From positions 197,761-261,760 of the forward strand of contig DAOUJO010000003.1 of NCBI GenBank assembly GCA_034422595.1: a DNA stretch of 64,000 bases, in the 5' to 3' direction. The notes below the pieces were generated by a model. The model was not told the DNA's origin. It saw only the letters and a program-made list of their open reading frames with translations, and did no database searches. Below, one piece after another: positions 9,120 to 18,898 of this stretch (positions within the stretch are counted from its first letter, which is position 1; every line of letters starts with the position of its first letter). This stretch comes from Dehalococcoidia bacterium (GTDB lineage: Bacteria; Chloroflexota; Dehalococcoidia; Lucifugimonadales; Australimonadaceae). A program made the translations under genes and the position numbers.

Positions 9120-10355
9120 ATGCCCCCACTCGATCAGCAGACCATCGACCGCATCACGAAACGCGGCGTCGCGCAGATCATCCCGGAGGACGAGTTCATC
9201 CGCCGTCTGCAGGAGGGCAAGCCGCTCCGTCTCAAGATGGGGTTCGACCCCAGCAGGCCGGACCTGCACCTCGGCCACTACGTCGGCCTGCGGAAACTGC
9301 GCCAGCTGCAGGACCTCGGCCACGAGCTCATCCTCATCGTCGGCGACTGGACGGCGCAGATCGGAGACCCGTCCGGCCAGTCCGACACGCGCACCATGCT
9401 CAGCGCCGAGGACGTGCGCGAGAACGCCGAGACGTACATGCGCCAGTTCTTCAAGGTCGTCGACCCGGACAGGACGCGCGCCGTCTACCAGAGCGAGTGG
9501 TTCGGCAAATTCACCCTCACTGACGTCATACGGCTCACGGCGCATTTCACCGTCAACCAGTTCCTGCACCGCGACGACTTCGCCACACGCTATGCCGCAC
9601 AGCGCCCCATCGCCGTCACGGAGATGCTCTATCCGCTGCTGCAGGCATACGACTCGGTCGCCATCGAGGCGGACGTGGAGTTCGGCGGCACGGACCAGCT
9701 CTTCAACCTGCTCGTCGGGCGCGAGCTGCAGGAGAAGGTGGGGCAGCGGCCACAGCTCGTCTTCACCATGCCCATCCTCCCGGGCACGGACGGCGTCCGC
9801 AAGATGAGTAAGTCGCTCAACAACTACATCGCCCTCGACGACTCACCGCGCGACATGTTCGGCAAGATCATGTCGCTGCCCGACGATGTCGTTCCGCAGT
9901 ACTTTGAGCTGCTCACGGACGTTCCCGACGAAGAACTCGACGCCATCCGCGCCGCTATGAGCGGGCAGGGCGGCGCAAGCCCCATGGACGTCAAGAAGCG
10001 CCTCGGTGAGGAGCTGACCGCGGTCTTTCACTCGCCGGAGGCCGCGACTGCCGCGCGCGAGGAGTTCGAGCGCGTCTTCCAGCGACGCGAGACACCGGAG
10101 GAGATACCGGAGGTTGCCGTCGATCCGACCGGCCCCGCCGTCGTCTCCCACGACGCGGACGGCTTCGAGGCTGACCTCTCGCACCTGCTGCCCGCGCTCA
10201 ACATGGCCGCGAGCCGCAGCGAGGCGCGGCGCCTGCTGCAGCAGAACGCGGTGCAGATAGACGGCGAACGCCCCGACGGCGGGCGTGTCCGGATCCCCTA
10301 CGGCGCGCTCATCCGTGTCGGCAGCCGCCGCTTCACGCGCGTTGTCCGGGGCTGA
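9120..10355 (+). CDS. tyrS: tyrosine--tRNA ligase
   Basis: HLGH (DLHLGHYVG) and KMSKS (RKMSKSLNNYI) class I motifs, plus a C-terminal S4-like domain. The ATG at 9120 follows the ribF stop by 1 nt. Confidence 0.9.
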   Translation: MPPLDQQTIDRITKRGVAQIIPEDEFIRRLQEGKPLRLKMGFDPSRPDLHLGHYVGLRKLRQLQDLGHELILIVGDWTAQIGDPSGQSDTRTMLSAEDVRENAETYMRQFFKVVDPDRTRAVYQSEWFGKFTLTDVIRLTAHFTVNQFLHRDDFATRYAAQRPIAVTEMLYPLLQAYDSVAIEADVEFGGTDQLFNLLVGRELQEKVGQRPQLVFTMPILPGTDGVRKMSKSLNNYIALDDSPRDMFGKIMSLPDDVVPQYFELLTDVPDEELDAIRAAMSGQGGASPMDVKKRLGEELTAVFHSPEAATAAREEFERVFQRRETPEEIPEVAVDPTGPAVVSHDADGFEADLSHLLPALNMAASRSEARRLLQQNAVQIDGERPDGGRVRIPYGALIRVGSRRFTRVVRG

Positions 10356-10372
10356 ATCCCGCAGACCTGTTC

Positions 10373-11161
10373 CTACTGAGACGCCGCCATCGCCGAGAGC
10401 GCCATCTCCTTCCCGCCGATGACGTGCGGCAGGACCACCTCGTCTGCGCCGGCCCTGCGCAGCTTCTCCGCCGCATCGGGACGGGAAGCCCGCGCCACGA
10501 TGTACAGGTCAGGGTTGAGCCCGCGCGCCGTCAGCACCACGTAGACGTTCTGGCCGTCGTCGCCCGTGGCCGCAACGAGACCGCGTGCGTCCCTGACGTG
10601 AGCGGCCAGCAGGTTCTCGTCCTCCGCCGAATCGCCGTGCACCCACAGCATGCCGAGTTCCTCGGCTGCGGTTAGCGCCTCCGCATTCCTGTCGACCACG
10701 ATAAGCCCCGCCGACTGCTCCTGGAGCGTGGCGGCTACCGCTCTGCCGACGCGTCCGAAGCCGCACACGATGAAATGGCCGTTGAGTTTCTCCATACGCC
10801 TTCTCATTCTTCGCCTCCGCACCAGGCTTCGCAGCAGTTCCTGCGACACGATCAGGTGCACGGCGCTCGTCAGGATGTAGAGCATCACGCCAACGCCGGC
10901 GACCATGAGGAACATGGTGAACACGCGCCCGGTGGTCGAGAGCGGGTGCACCTCCTCGTAACCGACGGTCGTGAAGGTAATGACGGTCATGTAGGCGGCG
11001 TCGAGGAGCGACCACCCCTCGATGAGCATGTACCCCGCGATGGCGATCCCCACGAGGACCGCCAGCGCGAGCAGGCTCCTGGCCAACTGCGACTCGAACA
11101 GGTGTATGACGCTCTCCCTGATGCGCAAGGAACATGCTCTCGCAGGGTTGGTGCCGGGCAC
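10373..11161 (-). CDS. two-TM pore-loop cation channel with a C-terminal RCK/TrkA-N domain (K+-channel-like, atypical filter)
   Basis: Pore helix plus filter VITFTTVGYEEVHPL, then a Rossmann-like segment HFIVCGFGRVGRAVA. The gene starts 15 nt after the ATPase stop. Confidence 0.75.
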   Translation of the reverse strand: MPGTNPARACSLRIRESVIHLFESQLARSLLALAVLVGIAIAGYMLIEGWSLLDAAYMTVITFTTVGYEEVHPLSTTGRVFTMFLMVAGVGVMLYILTSAVHLIVSQELLRSLVRRRRMRRRMEKLNGHFIVCGFGRVGRAVAATLQEQSAGLIVVDRNAEALTAAEELGMLWVHGDSAEDENLLAAHVRDARGLVAATGDDGQNVYVVLTARGLNPDLYIVARASRPDAAEKLRRAGADEVVLPHVIGGKEMALSAMAASQ

Positions 11162-11176
11162 CCCGCTGGTAGTGCT

Positions 11177-13807
11177 TTACAGCGGGCCGAACCGCCGCAC
11201 GACCAGCTTCCCTGTGACGGTCGTCACGGCGAAGCCCACCAGCAGCCCTGCCAGCAGGATACCCCACTGTTCCAGACCCAGCGGCACCGTGTCGAACGCC
11301 GCGCTGCCGATGGGCGTGTAGAGGATGACTGCCTGCATGAGCAGGCTCACGCTCACCGCCGCCCAGAGCCAACGGTTCGTGCAGATGGGCATCCCCTCCT
11401 GGACACGGATGACCAGCAGCCGCAGGTACTCCTGCACGACGAAGCCGGTGAAGGTCATCGTCCGGGCCGTCTCCAGGTCCCACAGCCGCAGCCCGACGAA
11501 GAACGTGGCGACGAGGATGATCGTCATGACCACGCCGACACTGCCCACGAGCGCGGCCATCGAGCGCCCCAGCACCGCGCCGTGACGCGGAGGCTCGCGC
11601 ATCGCTCCCTGCGGCGCGGGGTCGGACGCCAGCGCCACCGCAGGCCCGGAGTCCGTGACGAGGTTGATCCACAGGATCTGCACGGCGGTCACCGGCAGGT
11701 AGCCGAACACGGTGGCCACCAGGATGACGAGCACCTCAGCGAGGTTGCCCGTAAGCATATAGTTCACGAACTTCTTGATGTTCCGGAATATCCGGCGGCC
11801 TTCTTCGACGGCGGCGACGATGGTCGCGAGGTTGTCGTCGAGGAGGACCATGTCCGACGTGTCGCGGGCGACGTCCGTGCCCTTGATGCCCATCGCGACG
11901 CCCACGTCCGCGTTGTGCAGGGCAGGGGCGTCGTTCACGCCGTCGCCCGTCATCAGCACGACGTCGTGGTCCTCCTTGAGCGTGCGCAGGATGAGCACCT
12001 TGTGGCGCGGCTCGGCCCGCGCGAAGATGCTCGTCCCGTCGATGACGCGCTTGAGCTCCGCCTCGTCCAGCCCGTCGAGCTCCTTCGCCTCGATGGCTTC
12101 CCCGTCCAGCCCCACCTCGCGGCCTATCGCCGCCGCGGTGAGGCTGTTGTCGCCCGTGATCATCACCACGCGGATGCCGGCCCGGTGCGCCGCCTCGATG
12201 GCGTGCGTGGCCTCCGGCCTCGGCGGGTCGCTCATCGCCCCCAGCGCCGCGAACGTCAGTCCTTCCTCGGCGATCGGGGCGTCGGCGGGCTGCTCCTTGT
12301 ACGCGAGCGCCAGCACCCGCAGCGCCTGCCCCGCCAGCCCGACGTTCTGCTCCAGCAGCGCGTTGCGCTCCTCCTCGCTCAGCGGCGACACGCCGTCCGC
12401 CGTCCGGATGCTCGTGCAGAGCGGGAGGACCGCTTCCAGCGCGCCCTTCGTCAGCAGCAGACCGTCGGCTGCTATGGGGTGTTGGACGGCCACCGACATC
12501 ATCCGCCGTTCGGACGTGAACGGGACCTCGCCTTTCCGCTCGTACTCATCCAGCGGCGCTCCGGCGCGCTCCGCGAACTCCAGCAGCGCCGTCTCCGTCG
12601 GGTCGCCGACGTAGCCGTACTCGGGGTGCCGGTGCGCGTTGTTGCACAGGCCCGCGATCAGCAGCGATATCGCCAGTGGCCCTCTGTGCGCATCGGGGAT
12701 GACGTCGTGCGCGTCCACCTCCTCGGAGAGCGTCGCGACCCGCCGCATCGTCATGCGGCCCTCCGTGACGGTGCCCGTCTTGTCGGTGCAGATGACCTCC
12801 GCCGCGCCGACGATCTCCACGATCGGCAGCGAGCGCACGAGCGCCTTGCGCTCCAGCATTCGCCGCGTGCCGAACGCGAGCGCGAGCGTGAGGACGACCG
12901 GCAGTCCCTCCGGCACAGCCGCGACCGCAAGGGCGACTGCGGTGATGAACGTTTCGAGCAGGCTCAGGTCGCCGGTCACCAGTTGCAGCACCACGACGAT
13001 GCCGATGAGCACTGCGACGGCCCAGCCGATCCGCGCCGCGAGGCGGCTTATCTCGCGCTGGAAGACGGTCGGCTCGCTCTCCGTCGTCTGCACCTCCGCC
13101 GCGATGCCGCCGACCTCCGTCTGCATCCCGGTGCGGGTTATCAGCATTCGCCCCCGTCCGCGCATCACGACCGTGCCGCTGTACGCCATGCAGAACCGCT
13201 CGGCCAGCGACGCGTCGGCGGCGACCGGCTGCGTGCTCTTGCGGACGGGCAGGCTCTCGCCGGTGAGCGCCGCTTCGTCGACACTCAGGTCGATGCTGCT
13301 GATGACCCGTCCGTCGGCGGGGATGCGCGAACCTTCTTCCAGCAGCACGACGTCTCCCGGAACGAGCACCTTGGCGTCGACCTGCTCCGCGACGCCGTCG
13401 CGGAGCACTGTCGCGGAAGGAGCGGCCAAGCGGTTCAGCGCCTCGATGCCCCGGCTCGCGCGGTAGTTCTGCGTGAAGCCGAGGCACGCGTTCAGCACCA
13501 CGATGAGCGCGATGAGCCCGGCGTCTATGTAGTGGTCGGACTCCTCCGCGAGGAGCGCGACGCCCACCAGCACCGCCGCCGCGCCGATGAGCACCAGCAC
13601 GAGCGGACTGCGGAACTCGTCCAGCATCAGTTTGAGCGCGGAGACGGGAGGAGCGCCGGTCAGCTGGTTCGGCCCGTACGTGGCCAGGCGCGTGGCTGCC
13701 TCGGCGGAGGACAGCCCGGAGGCCGACGACGAAAGGGCTTCGAGTGCATCTTCAACAGGCGAACTGTGCCAGGATGCCAGGGTCGTGTCCTCGACGGGAG
13801 CCTGCAT
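11177..13807 (-). CDS. cation-transporting P-type ATPase (P2/Ca2+-Mg2+-like)
   Basis: [12 protein letters not shown] phosphorylation motif, TGES, MITGDN and [12 protein letters not shown] hinge. Start taken at [14 protein letters not shown] (ATG 13807). The Arg-rich track extension to 14173 was rejected. Confidence 0.9.
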   Translation of the reverse strand: MQAPVEDTTLASWHSSPVEDALEALSSSASGLSSAEAATRLATYGPNQLTGAPPVSALKLMLDEFRSPLVLVLIGAAAVLVGVALLAEESDHYIDAGLIALIVVLNACLGFTQNYRASRGIEALNRLAAPSATVLRDGVAEQVDAKVLVPGDVVLLEEGSRIPADGRVISSIDLSVDEAALTGESLPVRKSTQPVAADASLAERFCMAYSGTVVMRGRGRMLITRTGMQTEVGGIAAEVQTTESEPTVFQREISRLAARIGWAVAVLIGIVVVLQLVTGDLSLLETFITAVALAVAAVPEGLPVVLTLALAFGTRRMLERKALVRSLPIVEIVGAAEVICTDKTGTVTEGRMTMRRVATLSEEVDAHDVIPDAHRGPLAISLLIAGLCNNAHRHPEYGYVGDPTETALLEFAERAGAPLDEYERKGEVPFTSERRMMSVAVQHPIAADGLLLTKGALEAVLPLCTSIRTADGVSPLSEEERNALLEQNVGLAGQALRVLALAYKEQPADAPIAEEGLTFAALGAMSDPPRPEATHAIEAAHRAGIRVVMITGDNSLTAAAIGREVGLDGEAIEAKELDGLDEAELKRVIDGTSIFARAEPRHKVLILRTLKEDHDVVLMTGDGVNDAPALHNADVGVAMGIKGTDVARDTSDMVLLDDNLATIVAAVEEGRRIFRNIKKFVNYMLTGNLAEVLVILVATVFGYLPVTAVQILWINLVTDSGPAVALASDPAPQGAMREPPRHGAVLGRSMAALVGSVGVVMTIILVATFFVGLRLWDLETARTMTFTGFVVQEYLRLLVIRVQEGMPICTNRWLWAAVSVSLLMQAVILYTPIGSAAFDTVPLGLEQWGILLAGLLVGFAVTTVTGKLVVRRFGPL

Positions 13808-13965
13808 GCAGGAGAGTATACCCGTACACCGTGGGGGTAGTGTTGACGGTCCATTAACGCGTGCTCCGAAGCACCTCCGGAACGCCGGACGGCGCGGCTG
13901 CGCCGTCCGGCGGTTGACCTGCCGCCCGGCACTTGGCACACTCGCGGCTGCCTGGCAACACGGCC

Positions 13966-14901
13966 ATGGAGGGACCCTTGCGCATCGGCGTGCCCGACCT
14001 CGTCTCCAACTCCTACTTCCCCGCCATCGCCGCTGTCGACCTCGGCGCGTTCGAGGCCGAGGGCCTCGACGCCGACATCGAACTCGTATTCCCGGTGACG
14101 CGGGCGATGGAGATGCTCCGCGACGGCGGACTCGACTACGTGGCAGGCTCGGCGCACGCCGTGTTGACGGCATTCCCCCGGTGGGAGGGCGCGTCGCTGC
14201 TCGCCGCGCTCGCGCAGCATATGTACTGGTTCCTCGTGCTCAGGAGCGATCTCGGAGCGCAGCGCGGCGATATCGAGGCCGTGCGGGGCCTCCGCATCGG
14301 TGCTGCGCCCGGCCCGCGCGACGGACTGGAGCAGATGCTCCGGGAGGCGGGCATCGACCCGGAGCGCGACGGCGTGAGCATAGGCCCGGTGCCGGGCGTG
14401 ACGGGCTCCGGCGTCTCGTTCGGGGTGCAGGCGGCGAGGTCGCTGGCCGACGGCGCCATAGACGGCTTCTGGGCGAACGGCATGGGCACGGAGGTCGCCG
14501 TTCGCTCCGGCGCGGGCAGCGTCGTGCTGGACGTGCGGCGCGGCGACGGCCCGCCCGTGGCCCGCGGCTACACCCTCCCCGCGTTCATGACGACCGACAC
14601 TCGAATCACAGAGCAGCAGGACGAGGTTGCAGCCGCGGTGCGCGCTGTCGTGGCCGCGCAGCGTATGCTGAAGGCCGACCCCTCGCGGGCGGTGGAGGTC
14701 GGCGCGAAACGGTTCCCAGCCGAGGAAGCATCGCTCATCGCGGAACTGATCGAGCGCGACCTGCCGTACTACGACCCGTCGATAGCCGAGGAGACAGTGG
14801 AGCAGATGGACCGGTTCGCTCAACAGATAGGACTGCTCGACGGCCCCGTGCCCTACGAGCAGGTCGTGGCGACCCGGTTCGCCGGGTACTGGACGTCTTA
14901 A
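13966..14901 (+). CDS. NMT1/THI5-like (SsuA/TauA-type) substrate-binding protein, no obvious signal peptide
   Basis: MEGPLRIGVPDLVSNSYFPAIAAVDLGAFEAEGLDADIELV... has the periplasmic-binding-protein type 2 pattern. ATG at 13966 preferred over TTG at 13933; the start is uncertain. Confidence 0.65.
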   Translation: MEGPLRIGVPDLVSNSYFPAIAAVDLGAFEAEGLDADIELVFPVTRAMEMLRDGGLDYVAGSAHAVLTAFPRWEGASLLAALAQHMYWFLVLRSDLGAQRGDIEAVRGLRIGAAPGPRDGLEQMLREAGIDPERDGVSIGPVPGVTGSGVSFGVQAARSLADGAIDGFWANGMGTEVAVRSGAGSVVLDVRRGDGPPVARGYTLPAFMTTDTRITEQQDEVAAAVRAVVAAQRMLKADPSRAVEVGAKRFPAEEASLIAELIERDLPYYDPSIAEETVEQMDRFAQQIGLLDGPVPYEQVVATRFAGYWTS

Positions 14902-14923
14902 GGGCTGTAAGAGAGGAGTAGAC

Positions 14924-15268
14924 GTGGCGAAACCTGAGTTGGAGTTCTTCGACCCCTCGGACATCCCGAGCGAGCCGATCCCGCCGGTGGACGGCCTCAG
15001 CCAGCAGATACTCTCCCGCGACGAGGTGACTGGCGACTACACCCGCCTGCTGCGGTTCGAGCCGGGCACCGACACCTCGGCCATGGGCCCCCAGGTGCAT
15101 GACTTCTGGGAAGAGGTCTGGATCATCGAGGGCAGCATCCACGACATCCCGCTGAACGAGACGTTCACTGCCGGCATGTATGCCTGCCGCCCGCCTGGGA
15201 TGCCCCACGGCCCGTGGACCTCGCCGGACGGGTGCCGGACGTTCGAGGTGAGGCACTATGAGCGCTGA
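14924..15268 (+). CDS. small cupin-domain protein
   Basis: 114 aa, ...HDFWEEVWIIEGSIHD...GMYACRPPGMPHGPW... is a cupin beta-barrel pattern. GTG start after GAGAGGAG. Confidence 0.6.
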   Translation: MAKPELEFFDPSDIPSEPIPPVDGLSQQILSRDEVTGDYTRLLRFEPGTDTSAMGPQVHDFWEEVWIIEGSIHDIPLNETFTAGMYACRPPGMPHGPWTSPDGCRTFEVRHYER

Positions 15269-15992
15269 TGAGGTGGCTGCACCGTTGAAGAGGCCCGCCC
15301 GGATGCTCACGTTCGACCACGCGGGGACGCCCATGCGGTTCCTTGCGCGCAGGCTGCTCGCCGGAGGCTACACCGGCCGCGACCCTGCGGCGGTGGAGGA
15401 GCACATCGCCGAGCTTGCGCTCCTCGGCGTGCCGCGCCCGGCGCACGTGCCGTGGATATTCGTGGCGAACCCCCAGGTGCTCCAGGTCGACGGTGTCGTC
15501 TGGGCGTACGACGGCACGTCGTCCGGCGAGGCCGAGTACGTTCTGCTCATCGACCGGGACGACGTCTTCGTCTGCATCGGCAGCGACCACACCGATCGTG
15601 GCCTGGAGTCGCTCTCCATCGAGAAGTCCAAGCAGATCTACCCCAAGATCCTGAGCAGGCAGATATGGCGCCTCGACGACCTCCTGCCGCGCTGGGACGA
15701 TCTGCGCCTGCGCAGCCGCGTTGGCGACGGCGGCGAGCTCGCCGAGCTCGAGGACTACCAGGACGGAACGCTCTCCCAGCTCATCCGCCCCGAGCGGCTG
15801 CTCGAGCTCATCGGCCCGGACCCCGGCGCGGGAACCGTCGTCTTCTCCGGCACGCTGCCCGTGCTCGGCGGCAACGTGCGCCCAGCTCCCCGCTTCGAGG
15901 CCGAGCTCTTCGACACGGACGGGAGTTCGCTCGCGAATCTCGGCTACGACGTCGTGGTGTTGCAGCAGCAGGTCCAGCCGGACGAGCGCTGA
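15258..15992 (+). CDS. DUF2848-like protein (uncharacterised, FAH-fold-like)
   Basis: 244 aa. The motif GYTGRD...HIAEL..LGVP...GEAEYVLL...VCIGSDHTDR resembles DUF2848 family members from memory. Overlaps the upstream cupin gene by 11 nt. Confidence 0.5.
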   Translation: MSADEVAAPLKRPARMLTFDHAGTPMRFLARRLLAGGYTGRDPAAVEEHIAELALLGVPRPAHVPWIFVANPQVLQVDGVVWAYDGTSSGEAEYVLLIDRDDVFVCIGSDHTDRGLESLSIEKSKQIYPKILSRQIWRLDDLLPRWDDLRLRSRVGDGGELAELEDYQDGTLSQLIRPERLLELIGPDPGAGTVVFSGTLPVLGGNVRPAPRFEAELFDTDGSSLANLGYDVVVLQQQVQPDER

Positions 15993-16085
15993 GAGTCCAT
16001 ATGTGTGTGTGATTCCCGCGCTTGACGAATCGCGCGCAGCGAGCGAGAGTCCACCCAGACAAGCCTGACAGGCTGGAGGAGAACC

Positions 16086-17255
16086 ATGGCGCAGCAGACA
16101 GACGTCGCAACGATCGGAAAGGTGGACATAGACACAGACGCGCGGGCGAAGCAGCTTCCGTACGACCAGTGGGTCGAATCGCTCGACCTGCCCGTCCACA
16201 AGGGCTACTTCGTGGAGGACGTCCGCAACCTGGAAGTCGCCCCGTGGCCGGAGTTGGGCTGCAACGGCGCTTTCATCCAGCTCGAGGGCATGGAGGGCGT
16301 CGCCGACGCACGCATCACCGAGATCCCGCCGGGCGGCTCGACCACGCCCCTGCGCTTCGCTCTCGACGAGGTCGTCTACGTCGCGGACGGGCAGGGTCTC
16401 GCCACGGTCTGGGCGGAGGGTGTCGAGCGCAGAACGTTCGAGTTCAGCCCGCGCAGCCTCTTCGTCATCCCGCGCGGCGCGGTGCGCCAGTTCGCGAACG
16501 CCCGCGGCGACCGTCCTGCGCGGCTCATCTCCAACACGTACCTGCCGGTCGCCATGTCGCTCGTCCCGGACCCCACCTACTTCTTCAACAGCACCTACGA
16601 GGACCCCACCTTGCTGGAGCACTCGGAGGATGAGCTGTACTCGGTCGCCAAGCGCGCGCCGGGCGGACGCGGTGCGAGCTGGTTCGGCAACTTCTTCACC
16701 GACCTCGCGGCGTGGAGCGGCCTCGTCCCGCACCGCCAGCGCGGGGGCGGCGGGCACGTCGTCGACATCCAGTTCCCGCAATCGGAGATGGGCGGGCACA
16801 TGTCCGTCTTCCCGCCGGGCACCTACAAGAAGGCACACCGCCACGGGCCGGGCGTCGTCATCATCATCCCCGCGGGTGAGGGCTACTCCATCATGTGGCC
16901 GGAGGGCCAGGAGAAGGTCATCGTTCCGTGGCACGAGGCCAGCATGTTCGTGCCGCCGAACCGCTGGTTCCACCAGCACTTCAACGTGAGCGTGGAGCCT
17001 GCGCGCTACCTCGCGCTCTCCCCGATCCGCCAGATGCGCGGCCTCAGCAACCGCATGAACCCGCTGCTCGACCAGGTGGAGTACCCGAGCGAGGAGTCGT
17101 GGATCCGCGAGATGTTCGAGGAAGAGCTCGGCAAGCGCGGTCTGGAGAGCCTGATGCCGGAAGGGGCGTACCAGGACCCCCACTACAAGTGGGAGTACGA
17201 CGCCTCAGAGGAGCAGGGCGCCGTCCTCGACGCCACCGCAGGCCGCGGGCTGTAG
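16086..17255 (+). CDS. bicupin protein (gentisate-dioxygenase-like fold), function unknown
   Basis: 389 aa with two cupin-like halves. The second contains HRHGPGVVIIIPAGEGYSIMW...WFHQHFN. Confidence 0.55.
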   Translation: MAQQTDVATIGKVDIDTDARAKQLPYDQWVESLDLPVHKGYFVEDVRNLEVAPWPELGCNGAFIQLEGMEGVADARITEIPPGGSTTPLRFALDEVVYVADGQGLATVWAEGVERRTFEFSPRSLFVIPRGAVRQFANARGDRPARLISNTYLPVAMSLVPDPTYFFNSTYEDPTLLEHSEDELYSVAKRAPGGRGASWFGNFFTDLAAWSGLVPHRQRGGGGHVVDIQFPQSEMGGHMSVFPPGTYKKAHRHGPGVVIIIPAGEGYSIMWPEGQEKVIVPWHEASMFVPPNRWFHQHFNVSVEPARYLALSPIRQMRGLSNRMNPLLDQVEYPSEESWIREMFEEELGKRGLESLMPEGAYQDPHYKWEYDASEEQGAVLDATAGRGL

Positions 17256-17260
17256 GAGAG

Positions 17261-17620
17261 ATGAACGCCATAGACCTCGCGGACAAGCTGTCGCAGTTCG
17301 ATGAGTACTGGAGTCCCCGGATCGTGGGAGAGGTCAACGACTCCCACGTGAAACTGGCCAAGCTCAGCGGGGAATTCGTTTGGCACAGCCACGAGCAGGA
17401 GGATGAACTCTTTCTCGTGGTGAAGGGACGCCTGACCATTCGATTTCGGGACAGGGATGTCCACTTGGATGAAGGCCAGATGGTTATCGTGGAAAAGGGC
17501 GTGGAGCATCAACCCGTCGCCGAGTCGGAGGCTCACGTCCTGATAGTGGAACCGAAGTCCACTCTGAACACAGGCGACGTGGTGAACGAGCGCACGGTGG
17601 TTGATCTGGAGCGGATCTGA
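17261..17620 (+). CDS. small cupin-domain protein
   Basis: MNAIDLADKLSQFDEYWSPRIVGEVNDSHVKLAKLSGEFVWHSHEQEDELFLVVKGRL...VEKGVEHQP is a cupin_2 pattern. ATG at 17261 after GGAGAG. Confidence 0.65.
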   Translation: MNAIDLADKLSQFDEYWSPRIVGEVNDSHVKLAKLSGEFVWHSHEQEDELFLVVKGRLTIRFRDRDVHLDEGQMVIVEKGVEHQPVAESEAHVLIVEPKSTLNTGDVVNERTVVDLERI

Positions 17621-17647
17621 CGGGTGGGTTCGTGGTTCTGCCGTCGC

Positions 17648-18898
17648 CTAGGCCCGCGCGGGCGCGGTCTGGGGCAGCGCTACGCCGCGCAGCGCTCCCC
17701 CGCGCACCGCAATCGCCAGGGTAACGGCGACCAGGACCGCTCCTCCCGCCGCTACGGCGATGGGCGCTCCCGTGCGTTCGGCGAGACTGTTCATCATCGC
17801 TCCGCCCACCGGCAGCAGCGCCCAGTGGACGCCGTACAGCGCCATCACGCGTCCCCGCAGGCTGTCCTCCACCAGCGTCTGCAGGATCACCTGCCCGGTC
17901 GTGATCTGCATCACGCCGACTGCTCCCGAGAGGAACAGCAGGACGAGGGCGGCCTCGAACCACGGCGTGAGCGCGAACGCAACCAGCATCGCGCCGAACG
18001 AACCTGCCGAGCCCAGTAGTACGATCCCCGCGCCCCGTTGTTTGAAGTAGCGCGAGTACACGAACAGTCCCACCATCGCCCCGACCCCCGCCGAGGAGTA
18101 CATGAACCCCAGTTCGCGCGGGCTGACGTCGTACACCTCAACCTGGAACACAGGGAAGGTCATCATGTATCCCTGCCCGAACGCCGAGCACGCCAGCGCC
18201 AGCAGCAGCAGCGGGCGGAACACCGGGTGCGCCCACACGTAGGAAGCCCCTGCCTTCAGGTCGCCCAGCATCGTTCCATGCCGTCCGACAGCGGCCTGCT
18301 GCGGGTGCACCATCCGCATCACCGCCGCCATCGCGGCAGCGCCCGCCGCGGCAACGAAGAAGCTCGGCCCCGCTCCCGCTGCCGCGATGACGAACCCGGC
18401 GATGGATGGCGCGACGATGCGTGTCGACGACCACGCCACCGACGTGAGCGGCACCGCTATCGGGATGAGCGACCGGTCCGGTAGCAGGCGTGGGAAGAAC
18501 GACGCCCGGGCCGGTTCGTCGAACGACTGCACCAACCCGATCATCACTGCCGCTGCGGCCAGGTGCCACACCACCGCCTGATCGGTCAGTGCGAGCACGG
18601 CGAGAGTCACCAGCACGCCAACGGCGGTCGTCTGTGCAGCAACGACGAGTGTCCGGGGGTCGAAGCGATCGGCGAGTACGCCGCCCGCAAGGTTCACGAC
18701 GATGCGCGGCGCTGCGCTGACGAGGTTGATGAGTCCCAGGGCCAGCGCCGACTGTGTCAGGTCATAGGCCAGCCATCCGAGGGTGACGATGGTCATCTGC
18801 TGGCCGGTGACCTGCGCGACCAGCCCTATCCAGAAGAGCCGGAAGTCCCGGTAGCGCAGCGCGGCGAAGAACTCGACGAAGCCGTCGAACAGCCTCAC
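17648..18898 (-). CDS. MFS transporter
   Basis: 416 aa with about 12 hydrophobic segments. GTG start overlaps the upstream hydrolase stop (GTGA). Confidence 0.8.
   Translation of the reverse strand: MRLFDGFVEFFAALRYRDFRLFWIGLVAQVTGQQMTIVTLGWLAYDLTQSALALGLINLVSAAPRIVVNLAGGVLADRFDPRTLVVAAQTTAVGVLVTLAVLALTDQAVVWHLAAAAVMIGLVQSFDEPARASFFPRLLPDRSLIPIAVPLTSVAWSSTRIVAPSIAGFVIAAAGAGPSFFVAAAGAAAMAAVMRMVHPQQAAVGRHGTMLGDLKAGASYVWAHPVFRPLLLLALACSAFGQGYMMTFPVFQVEVYDVSPRELGFMYSSAGVGAMVGLFVYSRYFKQRGAGIVLLGSAGSFGAMLVAFALTPWFEAALVLLFLSGAVGVMQITTGQVILQTLVEDSLRGRVMALYGVHWALLPVGGAMMNSLAERTGAPIAVAAGGAVLVAVTLAIAVRGGALRGVALPQTAPARA

Noticed and set aside
13808-14173. Arg-rich N-terminal extension of the P-type ATPase ORF.
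   Set aside because: It has no homology-like features and overlaps the divergent binding-protein gene. The conserved ATPase N-terminus (…[10 protein letters not shown]…[11 protein letters not shown]) begins right after the ATG at 13807.
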